Source: Pontibacter arcticus (GTDB lineage: Bacteria > Bacteroidota > Bacteroidia > Cytophagales > Hymenobacteraceae). From it: a stretch of DNA of 32,000 bases. The notes beneath the pieces were generated by a model that saw nothing but the letters and a program-made list of their open reading frames with translations, had not been told where the DNA came from and made no database searches. Below are positions 25,817-32,000 of this stretch, one piece after another. Numbering within the stretch: the first letter of the stretch is position 1; each line of letters starts with the position of its first letter. The translations under genes and the position numbers were made by a program. Location of the stretch: contig NZ_QMDV01000002.1 of NCBI RefSeq assembly GCF_003284895.1, positions 805,466 to 837,465 on the forward strand. Reading direction: 5' to 3'.

Positions 25817-26899
25817 CTAATTATTTTGAACTCGTAGTAAGTGTCTGCAAATCAAATCTACCTCTTCCACTGAAAGGTCAAAGTATAAAGGCAAACATAG
25901 CACTCGTTTTGCGATGTCGTCTGTAACTGCTAAAGATTGTGGCTCCAAATAAGGTAAAGTATTTGCCAGGGAAGGATAAAAATAGCGTCTGGTAAATATT
26001 TCCTTTGTTTTCAGGCTTTCGATACACTTTAACATCAACGCTTCGTTTTCAAAAACAAGTGGGTAATAAGCGTAGTTGTTTTCAGAAGCTTTATGCCATT
26101 GCGGCCGGCGTGCCTGAAAGTTTCTTAAATTATGATCGAACCGCTCTGTCAGGCTTTTTCTTTTTAAGTGAATCTCCTCTATATAAGCCAGATTAGTTAA
26201 GCCCATCGCAGCATGGAACTCAGAGTTTTTACCATTGATGCCTAATTCTGCAAAAGACTCCGGCCCATTAAAACCGAAATTACGGATATAAGCCAGTTTC
26301 TTTAAGAGTTCAGGCTCTTTTGTTATGATCAAGCCCCCTTCCCCTGAATGGTATAATTTAGTAGCATGCAGGCTGCAGGTTGTTATGTCACCATATTCAA
26401 AAATTGATTTTCCATTCACCTGTACTCCAAATGCATGAGCGCCATCATAGATTACTTTCAGGTTATACTTATTAGCAATCCCATCAATCGCTTCCACATC
26501 ACAGGGGTTACCATACACATGCGTAGCTAATATGGCTGTGGTTTTATCAGTAATAGCAGCCTCAATTTTGGCAGCATCAATATTCAGGGAGCCCGGGTCA
26601 ATATCTACAAACACAGGCTGGCAGCCCTCCCATACAATAGTGCTGGTAGTAGCCACAAAGGAGAAGGGTGTTGTAATAATTTCTCCTTTTAAATTCAATG
26701 CTTTTATAGCCATCTGTAAAGCTACCGTACCATTTGTTACAAATAATAAATGCTTTACACTTAAAAACGCTTTCAGCTGTAACTCCAGTTCATTCGCTAA
26801 CGGCCCCATATTGGTTAACCACTGGCGTTTCCAGATACCGTCTAAATACTTGGTGTATTCTTCTTGAGGAGGTAAAAAAGGTTTGGTTAAAGGGATCAT
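25817..26899 (-). CDS. DegT/DnrJ/EryC1/StrS family PLP-dependent sugar aminotransferase
   Basis: The N-terminus MIPLTKPF, NGTVALQMA, and the PLP-lysine context CSLHATK resemble 4-aminotransferases of 4-keto-6-deoxy sugars. The ATG at 26899 is preferred; the ORF track extends to a TTG at 26911. Confidence 0.85.
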   Translation of the reverse strand: MIPLTKPFLPPQEEYTKYLDGIWKRQWLTNMGPLANELELQLKAFLSVKHLLFVTNGTVALQMAIKALNLKGEIITTPFSFVATTSTIVWEGCQPVFVDIDPGSLNIDAAKIEAAITDKTTAILATHVYGNPCDVEAIDGIANKYNLKVIYDGAHAFGVQVNGKSIFEYGDITTCSLHATKLYHSGEGGLIITKEPELLKKLAYIRNFGFNGPESFAELGINGKNSEFHAAMGLTNLAYIEEIHLKRKSLTERFDHNLRNFQARRPQWHKASENNYAYYPLVFENEALMLKCIESLKTKEIFTRRYFYPSLANTLPYLEPQSLAVTDDIAKRVLCLPLYFDLSVEEVDLICRHLLRVQNN

Positions 26900-26963
26900 A
26901 CAGAGGGGCAAAAAATGATTTGTTTAATTTAAATGCAACTTACACAAAATGATTACCAACCTC

Positions 26964-28745
26964 TCAGGAAGATAATGCTTTTTCCGAAAGGCTATCATAG
27001 CTATGCACCTGCTTTACTAAGCCATTCTCCAGTTCGATAATAGCGTTACAATATTTAAGCGTGGTATAACGGTGCGCTATAATCAGCATGGTAATATTTT
27101 CTTCTGAAAGGGCTTTGATGGACTCGGTGATCTCGATTTCGGTTTGTGTATCAAGTGCACTGGTAGCTTCATCAAAAACAAGAATCTTAGCACCCGAATA
27201 AATAGCCCGCGCAATGCCGATACGTTGCTTTTGGCCGCCTGATAAAAGGGAGCCCCTGTCGCCAATGCGGGTATGAATGCCATTCGGTAGTTGAGAAGCG
27301 AATGTAAGCATACTGGCAGATTTCAGAGCATGTTCCACTTTACTAAGATCAATTTCTGAAGCAGGAATACCGAAGGCAACATTTTCAGCTATAGTTGCAT
27401 CCAACACATAAACATCCTGCTGCACATAGCCAATTAATTTCCGGAAGCTTTGTAAATTATCAGGGGTAACAACAGTATCATCAACAGATATATAACCTTC
27501 TTTCGGATACAGAAATCCTAGTAAAATATTAATTAAAGTACTTTTACCCGAACCTGAACGCCCTATAATACCAATAGAGGCCCCGATAGGAATAGATAAA
27601 TTGATATGCTGTAAAACAGGCTTTTTGTTATCGTAAGCAAATGAAAGATCGCTTATCTTAATCTCATTCTGAAATGGAATGATCTGTTCAGAAACGGGCA
27701 CGGCGGCCTCTTTTACTTCTTCCTGGTTAATTTGAGTAATAACCTCCAGCGTATACTGATAGCCTTTTATCCCTATCAGTGCAATCATCAGGCGGTTAAC
27801 CGATGGCAGTACCCTGTAAGCTGCTAAGGCAAAAATGGTCAGCAAGCCGGTCAGGTGGCTTTGATTTTCAAGAAATAGGGTTCCGTATAAAGCTACCAAT
27901 ACAATAGCCGCTATCATAGCAGATTCTATCACTTTAGTTGGTGCCTGCTGTATGACCTTATCCTTCGCTTTTAACAAGGTGGCACGGTGCAAATACGTAT
28001 CATGTATCTTTTTAAAATACAGTTCCGTGTTAGTCATCTGCACATCTACATAACCATAAATAGACTGGAACATATTTTTGCCAATCTTTGGGTTAAGCTC
28101 ATTTAATTCGTTTTGTATGCTCGATGCTTTATTCTTGACAGAACGATACAAAATACCAAAAATGGGTACCACAAACACCAGCAGCAGTACAATTACCAAG
28201 GGATCGTACAGTAAAATCCCTATTACAATTAATATCAGGATCAGTAATTCATTGATAAAATTAAGTAAATTACTTACGAGGCTATTAGAGAACTCTGAAG
28301 GTATACTATTGATGTTGCGGGTAATTTTATTCGGATTGTTCGATTTAAAGAATAAAAATCCCTTCCGATAATAGTAACTGAATAAATGAGAGGAGAAATA
28401 TTTATACAGACTTAAGGTATAGGAAGCTTGCTTCCTTATAATTAATAAGCTGGCAATATTTTTTAGTATGATAAAAACCAATACAAATACAGCCAGACTA
28501 ACTATAAATGCTTTAATAGATGTAAATCCCAATATGTTATAAGCCATTGAGAGGTATTTACTTTCCGTAACAGCATTTTCCTGAAGCATGATCGTAATAA
28601 TCGGAAAAATGGCTGCCAAACCAAGAAGCTCCAGTATAGAGTTTAGAAACAGCAGCACCATCACCCACAAAGATTGTTTTCTGAATGAAGGTGGCAGGAT
28701 GTTATAAATTCTCTGAATAGTAGAGAAAATAATATTTCTGGACAT
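26964..28745 (-). CDS. Fused permease/ATPase ABC exporter (MsbA/PglK-like architecture)
   Basis: 593 aa with an N-terminal ~6-TM domain followed by an NBD carrying Walker A GRSGSGKST, the signature LSGGQKQR and Walker B ILVFDEATSALD. Confidence 0.9.
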   Translation of the reverse strand: MSRNIIFSTIQRIYNILPPSFRKQSLWVMVLLFLNSILELLGLAAIFPIITIMLQENAVTESKYLSMAYNILGFTSIKAFIVSLAVFVLVFIILKNIASLLIIRKQASYTLSLYKYFSSHLFSYYYRKGFLFFKSNNPNKITRNINSIPSEFSNSLVSNLLNFINELLILILIVIGILLYDPLVIVLLLVFVVPIFGILYRSVKNKASSIQNELNELNPKIGKNMFQSIYGYVDVQMTNTELYFKKIHDTYLHRATLLKAKDKVIQQAPTKVIESAMIAAIVLVALYGTLFLENQSHLTGLLTIFALAAYRVLPSVNRLMIALIGIKGYQYTLEVITQINQEEVKEAAVPVSEQIIPFQNEIKISDLSFAYDNKKPVLQHINLSIPIGASIGIIGRSGSGKSTLINILLGFLYPKEGYISVDDTVVTPDNLQSFRKLIGYVQQDVYVLDATIAENVAFGIPASEIDLSKVEHALKSASMLTFASQLPNGIHTRIGDRGSLLSGGQKQRIGIARAIYSGAKILVFDEATSALDTQTEIEITESIKALSEENITMLIIAHRYTTLKYCNAIIELENGLVKQVHSYDSLSEKALSS

Positions 28746-28758
28746 AATATGGTATAAA

Positions 28759-28798
28759 AGGTGCTCTCTTTATCTATAAAAATCTAAAGAAAGCACCT
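28759..28798 (-). other. Intercistronic hairpin between gmd and the ABC exporter gene
   Basis: aggtgctctcttt (28759-28771) pairs with aaagaaagcacct (28786-28798) at 12 of 13 positions, with a 14-nt loop. It could be a partial terminator or an RNA-stability element. Confidence 0.35.
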
Positions 28799-28819
28799 AA
28801 GGAAAAAGCTTCAGAAAAA

Positions 28820-29932
28820 TTACTCGTGATAATTGAGCACCCGGTGCCCGCCTTCTTTTAAATAAGTATCACGCTTAAACAATTCCAGGTCGGCCTGCAT
28901 CATATCTTTTACCAAAGCCGGAAGATCATACTTTGGCTGCCAGCCTAATTTGGTATTGGATTTAGTAGCATCACCGATAAGCAGCTCTACCTCCGTAGGT
29001 CTGAAATAATTAGGATCTACACTCACTACTTCTCTGCCAATCTGGAGCTGGTATTCAGGATTGGTGCAGGCTGCGATATAGCCTTTCTCTTCTACGCCTT
29101 CTCCTTTAAACTCCAGTTCAACGCCTACTTCGGCAAAGGCCATCTTAATAAAATCACGCACGGTTGTGGTAACCCCAGTAGCAATTACAAAATCTTCAGG
29201 CTTATCCTGCTGCAATATAAGCCACATGGCTTCTACATAATCCTTGGCATGGCCCCAGTCACGTTTCGCATCCAGGTTACCCAGGTATAGTTTATCCTGC
29301 AGGTTAAGTGCTATACGGGCTGCCGCGCGGGTAATTTTACGGGTAACAAAAGTCTCCCCTCTCAATGGTGATTCATGGTTAAACAAAATACCATTGCAGG
29401 CAAACATATTATAAGCTTCGCGGTAGTTAACCGTGATCCAGTAAGCATACAATTTGGCTACAGCGTAAGGTGAACGCGGGTAGAAAGGCGTCGTTTCAGA
29501 TTGTGGAACAGCCTGCACCAAACCGTATAACTCAGAAGTAGATGCCTGGTAAATACGGGTCTTCTCGGTCATGCCAAGTAAGCGAACAGCCTCTAGGATA
29601 CGCAAGGTACCGATACCGTCTGCATTAGCCGTATATTCAGGCATATCGAAGCTCACTTTCACGTGGCTCATAGCAGCGAGGTTATAGATTTCATCGGGCT
29701 GCGTTTCCTGGATGATGCGGATCAGGTTGGTCGAATCTGTAAGGTCGCCATAATGCAGTTTGAAATTTATATTTTTCTCATGCGGGTCCTGGTACAGGTG
29801 ATCTATACGATCTGTGTTCAGCATAGAACTACGACGCTTCAAGCCATGTACTTTATATCCTTTGCTTAAAAGCAGTTCTGCCAGGTAGGCTCCGTCTTGT
29901 CCGGTTACACCAGTTATGAGCGCTGTTTTCAT
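28820..29932 (-). CDS. gmd: GDP-mannose 4,6-dehydratase
   Basis: 370 aa with [19 protein letters not shown], the STSELYG catalytic region and YAVAKLY (YxxxK). Confidence 0.95.
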   Translation of the reverse strand: MKTALITGVTGQDGAYLAELLLSKGYKVHGLKRRSSMLNTDRIDHLYQDPHEKNINFKLHYGDLTDSTNLIRIIQETQPDEIYNLAAMSHVKVSFDMPEYTANADGIGTLRILEAVRLLGMTEKTRIYQASTSELYGLVQAVPQSETTPFYPRSPYAVAKLYAYWITVNYREAYNMFACNGILFNHESPLRGETFVTRKITRAAARIALNLQDKLYLGNLDAKRDWGHAKDYVEAMWLILQQDKPEDFVIATGVTTTVRDFIKMAFAEVGVELEFKGEGVEEKGYIAACTNPEYQLQIGREVVSVDPNYFRPTEVELLIGDATKSNTKLGWQPKYDLPALVKDMMQADLELFKRDTYLKEGGHRVLNYHE

Positions 29933-30003
29933 TTTATGTCTTTTTGTAATTGATACTTTGTATTTTGTCCCTTTTGAAGACAGGGCCTTTATATTCTATT
30001 TTT

Positions 30004-30101
30004 TTGTCATCCTGAAAGGATCTTGTTTAAAGAGGGCCTCTACCCCCGCCAGTAGCGAAAGCTTAACTTCCCACGTACCAAGTTGCTTAACAGAATGACA
30101 A
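30004..30101. mobile_element. 98-bp MITE-like / palindromic repeat element candidate in the fcl-gmd spacer
   Basis: It has 11-bp terminal inverted repeats: ttgtcatcctg (30004-30014) and cagaatgacaa (30091-30101), matching at 10 of 11. An internal mini-hairpin atcct-gaa-aggat is present. tattct occurs in both flanks, but the left copy does not abut the end. Confidence 0.3.
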
Positions 30102-30128
30102 TATTCTTTTAGCTTCAGATAGTAGAAC

Positions 30129-31094
30129 TTAACAGCCCTTTCCAGTTTGGGATAGAGCTTGAATAGTGTGCTTCTCCTTAAAGTCGTTATAAGCCATGGC
30201 TATGCCCTCTCTAAGCTCTACTTTATGCTTCCATCCTAAGCTATGGAGTTTTGATACGTCCATTAATTTACGGGGTGTTCCGTCAGGTTTAGAGGTATCG
30301 AACACCAGCTCCCCTTCATAATCCGTTACTTCTTTTACCAACAGCGCAAGTTCCTTAATCGTTACATCTTCGCCTGTACCAATATTAACCAGTTCTCGTC
30401 CCGAATAGGCTTGCATCAGAAATACGCAGGCTTCTGCCAGGTCATCGGCAAACAAAAATTCGCGCATCGGGCTACCTGTTCCCCACACAACAACTTCCGG
30501 AGCATTGTTTAGCTTCGCTTCATGAAACTTACGGATCAGTGCCGGCAGCACATGTGAGTTGTTCAGGTCGTAATTATCATTATAGCCATACAGGTTAGTA
30601 GGCATCACACTGATAAAATCGCAACCATACTGATCGCGGTAGGCTTCGCAAAGCTTTATCCCGGCAATCTTTGCAATTGCATACGGCTCGTTTGTAGGCT
30701 CCAAAAGACCTGTTAGCAAATAATCTTCTTTTAAAGGCTGAGGTGCCATTTTCGGATAAATACACGACGAACCCAGAAACTGCAGTTTTGTAACGCCTGC
30801 CATATAAGCAGCATGGATCACATTTGCCTCCATCATCAGGTTGTCGTAGAGAAATTCTGCCCGATAGCTGTTATTTGCCTGTATCCCCCCTACTTTGGCA
30901 GCAGCCAGGAAAACGTATGCCGGCTTTTCTGTAGCGAAAAAATCTAAAACAGCCTGTTGGTTCCTTAAGTCGAGTTCAGAAGAAGTCCGTGTTACTAAAT
31001 TGGTAAAACCGGCTGCTTGCAGGTTTCGGCAAATTGCTGAACCTACCATGCCTCTATGACCAGCTACATATATTTTAGAATTTTTCTGCATCAT
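30129..31094 (-). CDS. fcl: GDP-L-fucose synthase (GDP-4-keto-6-deoxymannose 3,5-epimerase/4-reductase)
   Basis: 321 aa with [15 protein letters not shown] (Rossmann), GSSCIYP and YAIAKIAG (YxxxK). Confidence 0.95.
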   Translation of the reverse strand: MMQKNSKIYVAGHRGMVGSAICRNLQAAGFTNLVTRTSSELDLRNQQAVLDFFATEKPAYVFLAAAKVGGIQANNSYRAEFLYDNLMMEANVIHAAYMAGVTKLQFLGSSCIYPKMAPQPLKEDYLLTGLLEPTNEPYAIAKIAGIKLCEAYRDQYGCDFISVMPTNLYGYNDNYDLNNSHVLPALIRKFHEAKLNNAPEVVVWGTGSPMREFLFADDLAEACVFLMQAYSGRELVNIGTGEDVTIKELALLVKEVTDYEGELVFDTSKPDGTPRKLMDVSKLHSLGWKHKVELREGIAMAYNDFKEKHTIQALSQTGKGC

Positions 31095-31346
31095 AATTAA
31101 TATGCATTATACTTTACTTCTTTTTTATAAAGAACCCACCCCTAACCCCTCCGAGGAGGGGAATAAAATCTACGCATGCCGTAAGTTTAGCGATAGTGTA
31201 ACTTCTGGCTACACTTTGAAGCCAGTTTAAAACTGGCGATTACCACTATCATACCTTCTCCAGCTACCTTGTCGCGGAGCATTTCGAGTAAACTTGCTGC
31301 CATACTAAACCACAAGTTACTGCTGCACTTATACATGCGATATATT

Positions 31347-31379
31347 ACGAATGAAGCCATCTCTGGCATCTTCATTCGT
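31347..31379 (+). other. Terminator-like hairpin oriented for the plus strand inside the wzc-fcl spacer
   Basis: 10-bp stem acgaatgaag (31347-31356) / cttcattcgt (31370-31379) with a 13-nt loop, followed on the plus strand by ttaatttcc. Confidence 0.3.
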
Positions 31380-31474
31380 TTAATTTCCTTCTTGGGAAGT
31401 ACTATTAGTGAGTGAATAGCTACTAACTCCCATAACTTACTTAAAGGCTGTTTGCCGTTTTCGATTAAAGTCGC

Positions 31475-31494
31475 AAAACACGCAGCAAGGGCAA
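31475..31494 (+). repeat. 20-nt exact direct repeat, right copy (aaaacacgcagcaagggcaa)
   Basis: Identical to 7857-7876. It is flanked here by agtcg/cgact, which could close it into a loop. Confidence 0.8.
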
Positions 31495-31533
31495 CGACTA
31501 GAATTTTATTTTATAACGTTAAACAGCTCCTTT

Positions 31534-31561
31534 ATGTCCTGCTTACTTCTAAGCAGGACAT
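31534..31561 (-). terminator. 12-bp perfect hairpin directly after the wzc-like stop codon
   Basis: atgtcctgctta (31534-31545) / taagcaggacat (31550-31561) with loop cttc. It begins 6 nt after the stop (31567-31569). There is no U-tract on the minus strand. Confidence 0.45.
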
Positions 31562-31566
31562 AAAAC

Positions 31567-32000
31567 TTAAAATTTGAAATGCCACCACGGAGATTTTTCA
31601 TTATCCTCCGCATAATAGCCATACCCGTAACCATATCCATAACCATAGCCGTAGCCATAATTTAACTTCTGATAATCCACGTCATTCAGGAGTATGGCTG
31701 TATTACTTATTTTTCCTTCTTCCACTTGCTTCTGGATGTTATTCAGGAAAAACTTTAATGTATAATTCTGGCGAACCAGGTAAATATTGGCGTCAGATTG
31801 TTGCATTAACTCCAATCCATCCGATAAAATTCCGATAGGAGGAGTATCTATGATTACATAGTCATATCTGCTTTTCAAATCCCCAATCAAATCTGTCATT
31901 CGTTTATGCAATAATAACTCAGACGGGTTTGGCGGAATATCACCGGAAGGAAGGATATGAAAATTATCCTGAATGGTAGGATAAATAACATCTTCGAGTG
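31567..32000 (-). CDS. Polysaccharide biosynthesis tyrosine autokinase (Wzc/BY-kinase), C-terminal part; 5' end outside the window
   Basis: The frame stays open to the window edge (LEDVIYPTIQDNFHILPSGDIPPNPSELL...). It has Walker B-like YDYVIIDTPP and a C-terminal tyrosine cluster (YG)7YY. The ORF-track start at 31911 is an internal TTG. Confidence 0.9.
   Translation of the reverse strand, partial: LEDVIYPTIQDNFHILPSGDIPPNPSELLLHKRMTDLIGDLKSRYDYVIIDTPPIGILSDGLELMQQSDANIYLVRQNYTLKFFLNNIQKQVEEGKISNTAILLNDVDYQKLNYGYGYGYGYGYGYGYYAEDNEKSPWWHFKF

Noticed and set aside
29916-30098. 60-aa plus-strand ORF in the fcl-gmd spacer
   Set aside because: It overlaps the gmd start on the opposite strand and otherwise just reads through the MITE-like element. 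There is no supporting signal.
31187-31375. 62-aa minus-strand ORF and a 43-codon plus-strand ORF (31102-31230) in the wzc-fcl spacer
   Set aside because: Neither has recognisable motifs. Both run through hairpin-forming repeat sequence, and the plus ORF translates the C-rich cccctcc element. The region is treated as non-coding pending expression data.

Overview
The window looks like a Bacteroidota-type chromosome. This is inferred from the protein families and from TAnnTTTG-type promoter-like motifs; it was not verified by any search. Left part (1-7.7 kb): the 3' 3.5 kb of smc, a YjbR/MmcQ-like gene, a PlsC-type acyltransferase, a patatin-like lipase, an MBL-fold hydrolase, accA, and two tandem identical tRNA-Asp(GTC) genes. 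Right part (8.08 kb to the window edge): 21 co-directional minus-strand genes forming one surface-polysaccharide (O-antigen/EPS-type) locus. In transcription order these are: the C-terminal part of a Wzc-like tyrosine autokinase, fcl, gmd, a fused TMD-NBD ABC exporter, a DegT-family aminotransferase, a GNAT, an ATP-grasp ligase, a WecF/GT56-like transferase, about nine further glycosyltransferases (GT2/GT4), a Wzy/O-antigen-ligase-family membrane protein, an AsnB-type amidotransferase, a WcaF-like acetyltransferase and a TviB/WbpO-like nucleotide-sugar dehydrogenase. Observations most worth follow-up: (1) A 73-bp junction is duplicated at 17547-17619 and 19030-19102. The two copies differ only at synonymous third-codon positions plus the start codon. 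This leaves a ghost 5' end of a GT4 gene and brackets a 1.41-kb very low-GC insert (a GT2 gene plus a ~490-bp, ~20% GC spacer). (2) A low-GC wecE/wecD/wecF-like module is interrupted by an ATP-grasp ligase. (3) Wzy-like and Wzc-like genes occur together with an ABC exporter, and no Wzx is present in the window. (4) An exact 20-nt direct repeat flanks the fcl-to-dehydrogenase block next to the tRNA-Asp pair. (5) Small structured or MITE-like elements sit in the fcl-gmd and wzc-fcl spacers. No CRISPR array, transposase, integrase or recognisable defence genes were seen. All function calls rest on motif and family recognition by eye, since no database search could be run.
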